Virus record (IMG/VR): IMGVR_UViG_3300050194_000024
Span: 1-40,901 of that record
Direction: 5' to 3' (one strand)
Length of the DNA stretch: 40,901 nt
Origin: a virus
Taxonomy: Duplodnaviria > Caudoviricetes
Shown here: positions 8,973 to 16,207 of the stretch, piece by piece
Layout of the letters: each line of letters begins with the position of its first letter
Position numbering within the stretch: the first letter of the stretch is position 1
Notes under the pieces: generated by a model
Told to the model about the DNA's origin: nothing
Database searches by the model: none
The model's input: only the letters and a program-made list of their open reading frames with translations
Program-made: the position numbers and the translations under genes

Positions 8973-10064
8973 ATGGGCATCCTGAACATCCAAGAATCGC
9001 GCCGCGAAGGCGCTCGACTGCTGGTCTTTCTCTCTGCCGTGTCTGGCGGAGGCAAGACCTACACCGCCCTGCAACTCGCCTATGGCATGGCCAAGGGCAA
9101 CGGCAAGAAGGTCGGCTTCCTCGACACCGAGTCTGGCCGTGGACGACTCTACGCTGACGAACTGCCTTCACCATTCCTCTATGCAGAAATGCAGCCGCCC
9201 TTCAGCCCAGCCCGATACATACAGGCCATCAACGAATTTGCAGCTGCTGGCGTCGAAGTCCTGGTGATCGACAGCGGCTCCCATGAGTACGAGGGCATCG
9301 GCGGCATCCAGGACATCGCCGAAGCTGGCAACCCACGCCTGCCGAACTGGAACAAGGCAAAGGGTGAGCACAAGAAGTTCATGTCGGCGCTGCTGGCCAG
9401 CCCCATGCACATCATCCTGTGCCTGCGAGCGCGTGAGAAAGCGAAGCCCGAAAAGCAGATCGTCAACGGCCAGGAAAAGACCGTCTACGTTGACATGGGA
9501 CTGCAGCCCATCACCGAAAAGAACGTGATGTTCGAAGCCACGGTGTCGCTGATGCTGCACGACAACGGCAAGCGCCAGGACGTGGTGAAGTGCCCGGCAG
9601 CGCTGCTCGACATCATGGGGCGCGGCAATGGCTACATCACCATGGAAGACGGTGAGGCCCTGCGCGCTTGGGTCGATGGCGCCCAGCGATTGGATCCGAA
9701 GGTGGAGCACTCACGCGGGCTCCTGAAGCTGGCCGCCGAACAGGGTCTGGAGGCTCTGAAAAAGCAGTGGGCAGCACTCACCAAGGCGCACCAGAAGGCC
9801 ATCGGCGGCACCAAGGGTTGCCCGGCCGATCTGAAGGCCAGCGCGGAGGCCTTTGACAAGCAGGCGGCAGAGGCAAACTCGGGCGGGCTGGATGAGAGTT
9901 TCGACGCCCTCAACCAGGCTGCCCAGCAGGTCAAGGCTGCAGCCCCTGCCCAGGCGCCCGCACCAGCCCCTGAGCCGGCGCCAACCCCGGCGCCGGCCGA
10001 AGACCAGGGCGACCAGCCTGGTGGCGATGCAGCCCAGGGCGACGAGCCCGGCGAAACCTTCTGA
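8973..10064 (+). CDS. Sak4-like AAA ATPase (recombination/annealing)
   Basis: SGGGKTYTAL Walker A, DTE, LVIDSGSHEYEG.GG Walker B region; Pro/acidic tail; located with RecE and SSB. Confidence 0.85.
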   Translation: MGILNIQESRREGARLLVFLSAVSGGGKTYTALQLAYGMAKGNGKKVGFLDTESGRGRLYADELPSPFLYAEMQPPFSPARYIQAINEFAAAGVEVLVIDSGSHEYEGIGGIQDIAEAGNPRLPNWNKAKGEHKKFMSALLASPMHIILCLRAREKAKPEKQIVNGQEKTVYVDMGLQPITEKNVMFEATVSLMLHDNGKRQDVVKCPAALLDIMGRGNGYITMEDGEALRAWVDGAQRLDPKVEHSRGLLKLAAEQGLEALKKQWAALTKAHQKAIGGTKGCPADLKASAEAFDKQAAEANSGGLDESFDALNQAAQQVKAAAPAQAPAPAPEPAPTPAPAEDQGDQPGGDAAQGDEPGETF

Positions 10065-10100
10065 TCAACAACCACGGGCGGGTGACCGCCCTCAATCACC

Positions 10101-10832
10101 ATGGCTGAACCAATTACCTACCCAGACGCACCACCCATGCCTCGCCGCGACAAAGCTGCTTGCCCATGCTGCGGATCACCACAAGGCCACGGCCACGACC
10201 CCGACTGCGCGCTGGTCGCCTATCTCATGTTGAGTGGCGGTCTTGCTTCTGACCATCTTTCAGCAAATCGCCTCTACCTGCGCGGAGGCGTTCTCAAGTG
10301 GGCACCTCAGTCCGTGACAGTTGCGAAGCTGGCTGAAGCGAACGAAAAAATCGCTCAGTATTCTGGCGAGAAATCGGGCGCCGACCGCTGCAGTGTCTGC
10401 GGCGATACCGATGGCGGCTGGTGCAGCATCGAAGGCTGCCCTCGCCCCATGCCAGGATCTTTGATGGCGCCGGGTAGCATCGTGCCCGAGCCTGCGTCGC
10501 ATGAGGCCTTCCACTTCGTGCTTCACGCCCCTGGCTATGAGGCCCTGGCCGACGTGCTGCAGCGCGCGTTTGGGCAGGCCGCCCACGGCAAGGGGAAGGA
10601 GCGCCACGCCCAGGGCGAGCCCTTCACCGAACAGGTGATGCAGGACATGGCCCGCCGCTTCGGCATCGGCGCCCTGCTCGGGCAGGCCTTCAAGAAGTCG
10701 GAGGAAAGCCAGCGCCTGCCCGTCGACCGTGGCGTGAATGAACTGCTGGGCGCCATCGTCTACCTGGCCGGGGCCGTGATCGCACGCGAGCGCGAGGCAC
10801 AATCCCAGGCCAACCAACTCCCAACCAACTGA
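10101..10832 (+). CDS. Hypothetical phage protein (Cys-rich N-terminus, conserved GKGKERHA C-terminal domain)
   Basis: CPCC/CSVC motifs; L..AF.QAA.GKGKERHA..PF..Q...GQA.KK..E...ELLGAIVY. Confidence 0.7.
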   Translation: MAEPITYPDAPPMPRRDKAACPCCGSPQGHGHDPDCALVAYLMLSGGLASDHLSANRLYLRGGVLKWAPQSVTVAKLAEANEKIAQYSGEKSGADRCSVCGDTDGGWCSIEGCPRPMPGSLMAPGSIVPEPASHEAFHFVLHAPGYEALADVLQRAFGQAAHGKGKERHAQGEPFTEQVMQDMARRFGIGALLGQAFKKSEESQRLPVDRGVNELLGAIVYLAGAVIAREREAQSQANQLPTN

Positions 10833-10841
10833 AGGCCGACC

Positions 10842-11312
10842 ATGGCATCCATCAACAAAGTCATCATCATCGGCAACCTGGGCCGTGATCCTGAAGTCCG
10901 CCACACGCCCAGCGGCACGGCCGTCTGCAACATGTCGGTGGCCACCACCCGCGCCTGGAAGGACAAGGCCAGCGGCGACAAGGTGGAGGAAACCGAGTGG
11001 CACCGCGTAACCCTGTACGACAAGCTGGCTGAGATCGCTGGCGAGTACCTGGGCAAAGGCAAGCCCATCTACATTGAGGGCCGCCTGAAGACCCGCAAGT
11101 GGCAGGACAAGGACGGCAAGGACAACTACACAACCGAGATCATTGGCGAGACGATGCAGATGCTCGGTGGCAAGGACAGCGGTGGCGAAGGCGGCCAGCG
11201 CAGCGCCTCACCGGCTCCAGCCCCACGCAGCCAAGCGCCTGCACCGCGTACTGCACCAGCGCCAGCGCCGCAGCAAGGCTTCAATGACGACGACTCTGAA
11301 ATCCCCTTCTAG
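10842..11312 (+). CDS. ssb: Single-stranded DNA-binding protein
   Basis: [20 protein letters not shown]...ETEWHRV...[11 protein letters not shown]...acidic EIPF tail. Confidence 0.97.
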   Translation: MASINKVIIIGNLGRDPEVRHTPSGTAVCNMSVATTRAWKDKASGDKVEETEWHRVTLYDKLAEIAGEYLGKGKPIYIEGRLKTRKWQDKDGKDNYTTEIIGETMQMLGGKDSGGEGGQRSASPAPAPRSQAPAPRTAPAPAPQQGFNDDDSEIPF

Positions 11313-11314
11313 TC

Positions 11315-11713
11315 ATGAAGTGCGTTCGCTGTGACACCGAAAGGGACGCGGGCGACTTCTACGCCAAGGACCGAACCTGCAAGACTTGCAGGCGGGCCTT
11401 GGTGCTGAAGAACCGGCATGACAAGGCCGACTACTACCAGGCCTATGATCGAGAGCGGGCAAAGACCCCTGAGCGGATGGAGCACAACCGAAAGGTCACC
11501 AAGGAATGGTGCGACAAAAACCCCCGCGAACGTGCAGCACAGAATTCCGTCAACAACGCAGTCCGCGATGGGCGCCTGTTCAAATGGCCGGTGTGTGCGG
11601 TGCCAACATGCGACAAAAAGCCCGTCGCTCACCACCCTGATTATGATCAGCCACTTTCTGTAGTCTGGATCTGTCAGGCGCACCACAAGCAGGCGCATGC
11701 ACTGACCAAATGA
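11315..11713 (+). CDS. HNH-like Zn-binding endonuclease
   Basis: CVRC, CKTC, CAVPTC...AHHPDYDQPLSVVWICQAHHKQAH. Confidence 0.75.
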   Translation: MKCVRCDTERDAGDFYAKDRTCKTCRRALVLKNRHDKADYYQAYDRERAKTPERMEHNRKVTKEWCDKNPRERAAQNSVNNAVRDGRLFKWPVCAVPTCDKKPVAHHPDYDQPLSVVWICQAHHKQAHALTK

Positions 11714-11718
11714 TATTC

Positions 11719-11750
11719 AATGCCGGGCCAGCCCCGGCATTATTCATTTA
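11719..11750 (+). terminator. Intrinsic terminator-like hairpin ending the recombination operon
   Basis: AATGCCGGG / CCCGGCATT stem followed by an AT-rich tract. Confidence 0.6.
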
Positions 11751-11935
11751 TGAATCTGAAATAAATCAATCGAATCGAAATCACCTATTCGCAATGGATA
11801 ACTGCGTCAATATCCATGACGCATGGCAGCCTTCCGCCTGCAAATCAATCAACAGCAGTCCAAAAAATTAGCATCTTGCAAGCCACATTGGTGAACTGTT
11901 AGTTAAAACCATTGTCACGCAGCAGGAACAAGAAA

Positions 11936-12214
11936 ATGACAAAGGAAGAAATCAGGCAGCTTCAAGAGGCACTTGGGCTGTCTGATGGGAAGATGGCGCT
12001 GTGTCTCGGAGTAACCAGGCAGACATGGCGGAACTGGCGCACCGGGCGTAACTGCCCTGAGTTTGCGCAAAACTCCCTGCGCTGGCTGGTGGAGCTTCGC
12101 AAACTCTCGCCGTCGAATGACAATATCCCAAAACACATGCGCTTCACCACTGGCCTATTTATTGCTGCCAGTGGCGCTCGCTTCGCTACGTTCCTTGTGG
12201 CCGCCGCAGCATGA
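11936..12214 (+). CDS. Small XRE-family HTH regulator
   Basis: MTKEEIRQLQEALGLSDGKMALCLGVTRQTWRNWRTG; lower GC; convergent with the integrase. Confidence 0.75.
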   Translation: MTKEEIRQLQEALGLSDGKMALCLGVTRQTWRNWRTGRNCPEFAQNSLRWLVELRKLSPSNDNIPKHMRFTTGLFIAASGARFATFLVAAAA

Positions 12215-12222
12215 GTAATCCG

Positions 12223-13437
12223 TCAGACACCCACGACCTGCTCGGCACTGCGGTGCTTCTTGGGTTGAATAACCTTCTGTGCCTGGTGCTTGGCGCGGCG
12301 TTTGCCAAGCTGGTCTTCTAGCCAGGCCTCCCACTGCGCGATGGCCGCGCGCTTCTCGGGCATGTACTCCCAGCGGTCATAGTGCTTCGAACTGATGCCG
12401 GTCTGCCCATGGTTTTGGATCAGGTCACGATCCACCTTGGTCAGCCCGGCCATTCCAGACAATGTCTTCCACGTCCTGCGCAGATCCCGCGCCGTGAACC
12501 CCATCTTCTTTGCCCGCTTCAGGGCCGCACGCACCGAGTCCTGAGACAGGTGCGGGCTATCGCTGTACCCAGGGTATAGGTGCGACTGGTTCGTCTTGAT
12601 GGCGTCCAGCAGCTGCGCGGCCTGCTTGCAGACCGGCACCGTGTGCGGCTTGCCGTTCTTGGTCTTGGCCCAATGCAGCGTGCGCTCTCGGCTGTCCCAA
12701 TCGGCTGAGGCCACCCGGCAGATCTCGGTGACGCGCTGGCCGGTCAGCATGATGACGGCCACGGCATGGCGAGCCGTCCCAGGCTTGCCGATGGACGCCC
12801 ACTCCAGCAGGTCAAGGAAGGCCTCCACGTCCAGCCATGTGTCGCGTGACTGGTAGGCCCGCTCATCCACCGGCAGGGGCGCCACGGGGTTGTATTTCAG
12901 GCCCCAATCGCGGGTGTCGTCTGTGCGGTAGTCGTAGGTTGCCTGCAGCGCCCAGGCATAGGCGGCGTGCATGAACATGCGCTGCTTCTCGGCCATGCCG
13001 ATCTTGCCGCGCCTGTGGGTTGGCTTGACCACGCGCACGATGTCGATGGGCTCGATGTCCCGGGCAAGGCGCCCACGGCCGATCACATCGGAGACGGTCC
13101 TGAACACGCACTTGGCCTGCTTGTGTGATGGGCGCCCCTCCAGCGTGACCAGGTAGGCGTCGATCAGGTCACCCAGCGTGTTGCGCCCTGGGCTGGGCTT
13201 GTGGCCTGCGTGGCGCTCTCGGGCCTCGGCCAATGTCATGTCCGGGTAGGCGCCCAGCTTCTGCTTCTTGCGCTGGCCATCCACGAAGCGCTGGGCGTAC
13301 CACTCGGCCCGGCCAGGCTTGATGACCAGGATCAGGCGGCCAGCGCCTCGGGGTGCGGCGTCGGACAGGTTCGCGCTGGCCTTGCGGCCCTTCTTGACCT
13401 TCTGGATCTCGGTCTGAATGGCGGCTTCGGTGAGCAT
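12223..13437 (-). CDS. int: Tyrosine integrase with N-terminal arm-binding domain (P4-like)
   Basis: Arm domain (G.L.L.I.PG...W...LGAYP.MTLAEARE); catalytic set TGQR, TKNG, RDLRRT, NH, HY. Confidence 0.93.
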   Translation of the reverse strand: MLTEAAIQTEIQKVKKGRKASANLSDAAPRGAGRLILVIKPGRAEWYAQRFVDGQRKKQKLGAYPDMTLAEARERHAGHKPSPGRNTLGDLIDAYLVTLEGRPSHKQAKCVFRTVSDVIGRGRLARDIEPIDIVRVVKPTHRRGKIGMAEKQRMFMHAAYAWALQATYDYRTDDTRDWGLKYNPVAPLPVDERAYQSRDTWLDVEAFLDLLEWASIGKPGTARHAVAVIMLTGQRVTEICRVASADWDSRERTLHWAKTKNGKPHTVPVCKQAAQLLDAIKTNQSHLYPGYSDSPHLSQDSVRAALKRAKKMGFTARDLRRTWKTLSGMAGLTKVDRDLIQNHGQTGISSKHYDRWEYMPEKRAAIAQWEAWLEDQLGKRRAKHQAQKVIQPKKHRSAEQVVGV

Positions 13438-13453
13438 GCTGCTGATCGCCCCA

Positions 13454-13705
13454 TGGTTGCAGTTTGGGTGCAGTAGCAGCGAAAAATGGTGGCTGTAAAG
13501 GCCTCAGAGGGGTTCCAGTGATGCCAACCCAGATTGTCGGTAAACGCTTGTGCAGCAATGGAAAATGGCTTGTCTTGGCTGCACACCAGTTTGCGAGTCC
13601 GTGTCCTCGTAGTAGACGCGAATGGGGAGGTGGTTCACCTTTGAAATCACTGTCTTTTTTCCATCTGGCTTGGGTGCCTTGGGGGCAGTTGCGGTGGCAG
13701 TAGCA
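13454..13705. mobile_element. Putative intact attP: ybgC-like core flanked by arm-type repeats
   Basis: Core ~13597-13626 reads PIRVYYEDTD on the minus strand. Direct repeats TGGKKGCAGT-like at 13454, 13465, 13487, 13671, 13680, 13692. Immediately upstream of int. Confidence 0.75.
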
Positions 13706-13715
13706 CCAGACGGGC

Positions 13716-13742
13716 AAAAAAAGACCCGCACGATGGCGGGTC
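13716..13742 (-). terminator. Rho-independent terminator ending the ncRNA unit
   Basis: GACCCGC-CATCGT-GCGGGTC-TTTTTTT. Confidence 0.85.
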
Positions 13743-13781
13743 GAATGTCGCACAAGGCAACAGCAGGGAGGAATGATCGAG

Positions 13782-13900
13782 GGATGATGCTCGGAGTCGA
13801 ACCGAGTCCACCTGTTTTCCAGGTCGCCTTATCTTCTTGATGCCCACCGCGAATCGGAATCAAGCCATTGGGGCCAGCTCTACCGTTAAGCCACACCACC
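13782..13900 (-). ncRNA. tRNA-like RNA (119 nt) with expanded central region, no assignable anticodon
   Basis: Acceptor GGTGGTG/CATCATC; D-arm GCTT-AACGGTA-GAGC; T-arm CTCGG-TTCGACT-CCGAG; no encoded CCA. Confidence 0.7.
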
Positions 13901-14308
13901 CTCGGGTCTTCGCTCAACATCCGTGTTGACAGTGGCCGTGGTTGGCCCGGATGGAGCGAAGACCTGAAGGCCCGTGTGAAAGGCACGGATTCAGGGCACT
14001 CTCTACAACAATATGGCTATGCTCGCCCGTCTCCACGCCCTGTAGCTGGCGTCCCGCCGTTAGCTGGCTCATGCGGGAAATGCTGTGTTTACGACAGTAG
14101 GCTGTCAGCCCAGCAGCAAGATTTTGAGGATCACCCTCAAGTGTGGGGGCTGGTGCAGCAGCGAGATAGAAGGGGCTGCACCCCGACTAAACGCTATCAA
14201 CCCCCACGCTTGAAGGCCCTGGCAAACTGCACCAGGCTTCAAGCCCCGTCTTTCCGGGGTGTCATTCGCCTTGGCTTTCGCCACCGCAACAGGTCTGAAA
14301 GACCTGTG
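13901..14308 (-). ncRNA. Highly structured non-coding leader / hairpin array
   Basis: Consecutive stems at 14289-14307, 14244-14259, 14208-14244, 14143-14207, 14124-14140, 13963-13995, 13905-13964; no credible ORF. Confidence 0.6.
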
Positions 14309-14314
14309 GTTGTG

Positions 14315-14345
14315 ATTATGCCGCAAATATTCGCACCGCAAACAA
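14315..14345 (-). promoter_or_regulatory. Putative promoter of the ncRNA unit, shared motif copy C
   Basis: Minus strand TTGTTTGCGGTGCGAATATTTGCGGCATAAT. Confidence 0.7.
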
Positions 14346-14375
14346 TGCCCGACAAACTCGCTCAGGCTTTCGGGC

Positions 14376-14400
14376 AAAAAAGACCCGGGCGAACCCGGGC
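14376..14400 (-). terminator. Rho-independent terminator of the late/lysis operon
   Basis: CCCGGG-TTCG-CCCGGG-TC-TTTTTT just after the holin stop. Confidence 0.85.
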
Positions 14401-14418
14401 CAAAGTCCCACCGTCAAC

Positions 14419-14967
14419 TCATCCGCGATTGTTCGTCGGCACGTTCGGATCAGCCTGAGCCTTGCCACGGAACCACGACGCGATGCCCAGGATCGGCGAC
14501 ACCACGCCAATGATGGCGGCCACGGCGCCCAGCACTCCGGGCAGTGAGGCCAGGCCCTCGGGGCGGCCGTAGATCACCGCAGCCCCGTAGGCCATGAACA
14601 CGGTCAGCACGGACAGCACCACGGCCAGGGCCACAGAGAACCCGATGGCTGGGCGCCAGCTGTAGGTCGGCCAGTGCTCGGATGCTGCCTCGGCCTGCAT
14701 GGTCTTGTTCACATCTGCTGCGTTCGCCACGGCCAGCTTCTCAAGCTCGACCTGCTGGGCCAGCACTGCGGTCTTGAACTGCAGGGCCAGCGCAGGGTCG
14801 GCCTGGATGGCGGCCAGCGCCTGGTCTGGATCAGCCTTGCCGGTGACCACCTTGGCGATGTCCACGACCTTGCCAGCGATCTCCCCGGCCTTGTCGGAAC
14901 CGGTCACCCACTTGGCAATGGCGGGCACGAATTGAGACAGGCCAAGGGCGATGCTGATGGGATCCAT
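14419..14967 (-). CDS. Holin (GTA 3TM-type holin family)
   Basis: ADP.LALQFK...MQAEA.SE.W...SWRPAIG followed by two TM helices and ..FRGK. Confidence 0.85.
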   Translation of the reverse strand: MDPISIALGLSQFVPAIAKWVTGSDKAGEIAGKVVDIAKVVTGKADPDQALAAIQADPALALQFKTAVLAQQVELEKLAVANAADVNKTMQAEAASEHWPTYSWRPAIGFSVALAVVLSVLTVFMAYGAAVIYGRPEGLASLPGVLGAVAAIIGVVSPILGIASWFRGKAQADPNVPTNNRG

Positions 14968-14969
14968 GG

Positions 14970-15290
14970 TCAGGCCTTGTCGAAGTCTGGAATGTCAACG
15001 GTCTGCCCTGCCAGCGCGTGCGTGCAGTCGGTCAGGAACTGAATGCGGCCATCGGTGACGAACGAGTGGCACACGCTCGGGATGCCATCGGGGGTGTCAG
15101 CATCGGCGCCGTCATATCGAACAAGGATGCTGGGCGTGAAGGTGGGCTTGTCTGGGTTCCCGTTGTAGCCCCAGCGCGGCCCGGGGCCTTCACCCACCTT
15201 GATGCCGTGGACGCCATCGCAGCCGGGGCACCAAAAGTGCAGCCCGCCGTCCTGTGAATTGCGCAGGATCTTGGATAGAGCACCCATCAC
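14970..15290 (-). CDS. DUF6527-like Cys/His protein in the lysis cassette
   Basis: FWCPGC..H...W.YNG...PTF.PSIL...CHSFVTDG.IQFL.DCTH.LAGQTV. Confidence 0.75.
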   Translation of the reverse strand: MMGALSKILRNSQDGGLHFWCPGCDGVHGIKVGEGPGPRWGYNGNPDKPTFTPSILVRYDGADADTPDGIPSVCHSFVTDGRIQFLTDCTHALAGQTVDIPDFDKA

Positions 15291-15829
15291 GCCACCCGGT
15301 TGGACAACCAGCCATAGACGAACGCCTCATCCTTCGGGCGTGTCTCGGCCAGGTTGATGTAGAAGGCGCCCTGCAGGCAGTTCAGGGCGCGCAGCATGAC
15401 CACCTCGCCCTGCTTGCCGCGGCGGCCCAGGAACTCGCGCAGGCAGGCCACAGTGACAGGCCCAACGCGGCCATCGACCGTGATGTCCTGGTACTGCGCA
15501 CCGCCGTTGTTCAGTACGTTCAATGCGCGCTGCAGGTACTCGCCCGCACGCTGGACGCCCTGGTTCACGCCAGTGTCGAAAAGCTCGCCAGCGATGGCCT
15601 CGGACAGCGATCCGATGTCATCGAGGCGAAGCGCATCCCAGAAGCGTGCCTTGTAGATCGTGGCGGCCTGATCGCGGGTCATGCTGACCATGGTGCCGGT
15701 GAAGCCGAAGGCGCGTGCCACCGCAACGGTGATGCCCCAATTCGTCTCACCACCACTGTCGCGCGGGTCGTTCGCATACCCGCCCTCGTGGCCCAGCACC
15801 TTGCCGATGAAAAGATTGAATGCGCTCAT
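15287..15829 (-). CDS. Endolysin, glycoside hydrolase family 108 with peptidoglycan-binding domain
   Basis: HEGGYANDPRDSGGETNWGIT; FDTGVNQG; LQRALN; VDG.VGP.T; F.YGW..NRV. Confidence 0.93.
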   Translation of the reverse strand: MSAFNLFIGKVLGHEGGYANDPRDSGGETNWGITVAVARAFGFTGTMVSMTRDQAATIYKARFWDALRLDDIGSLSEAIAGELFDTGVNQGVQRAGEYLQRALNVLNNGGAQYQDITVDGRVGPVTVACLREFLGRRGKQGEVVMLRALNCLQGAFYINLAETRPKDEAFVYGWLSNRVA

Positions 15830-16176
15830 TTGTGGAATGCCTGAAAAATGGCAAAAGCAGTCACGGCCAGCGACCATGCCCCCATGCCAAAGTTGATCCA
15901 CTTGTCCAGCTTCTGCCGGGTCAGGTGGTTGGCTTCGATGGCTGCGCGCTCGACCGTTTTCAGGGCCTCCCACAGCTTCTCAGCCTGCACCTGCTGCTGG
16001 CTCTCCATGACCGCGCATCGCTGCTCGATCTGGCCCATCCTCTGACCCTGCACAACCTGGCGCTCGTCAATGAGAACCAGTCGTTCGATTGCTTCCAGGC
16101 ACTTGTCGACTTTGCCTTCCACACGTTGAAGATCGTCAGCCGACACAGTGAGCCTTCCAGGGGATGAGTTGTCCAT
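15826..16176 (-). CDS. Coiled-coil protein with C-terminal TM (lysis-associated)
   Basis: Heptad-rich body plus WINFGMGAWSLAVTAFAIF; directly upstream of the endolysin. Confidence 0.7.
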   Translation of the reverse strand: MDNSSPGRLTVSADDLQRVEGKVDKCLEAIERLVLIDERQVVQGQRMGQIEQRCAVMESQQQVQAEKLWEALKTVERAAIEANHLTRQKLDKWINFGMGAWSLAVTAFAIFQAFHK

Positions 16177-16207
16177 GATGTGAGTGTCTTGGGCGCCAAG
16201 TTGTGGA

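Noticed and set aside
13504-13650. ybgC pseudogene or functional thioesterase
   Set aside because: Only ~10 codons resemble YbgC and they sit between arm repeats; better explained as an att core.
13743-13781. Theta/HDV-like or hammerhead ribozyme next to the tRNA-like element
   Set aside because: Could not build the nested double pseudoknot or the CUGANGA/GAAA core by eye; needs a covariance-model search.
13782-14308. tmRNA or normal tRNA gene
   Set aside because: The 5' acceptor strand and a paired D-arm lie within 119 nt of the T-arm, there is no tag ORF, and no standard anticodon arm or CCA.
13868-14458. 196-aa plus-strand ORF and 90-aa minus-strand ORF across the structured region
   Set aside because: No convincing SD or protein-like composition; they cross terminator/promoter elements. 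RNA structure explains the region better.
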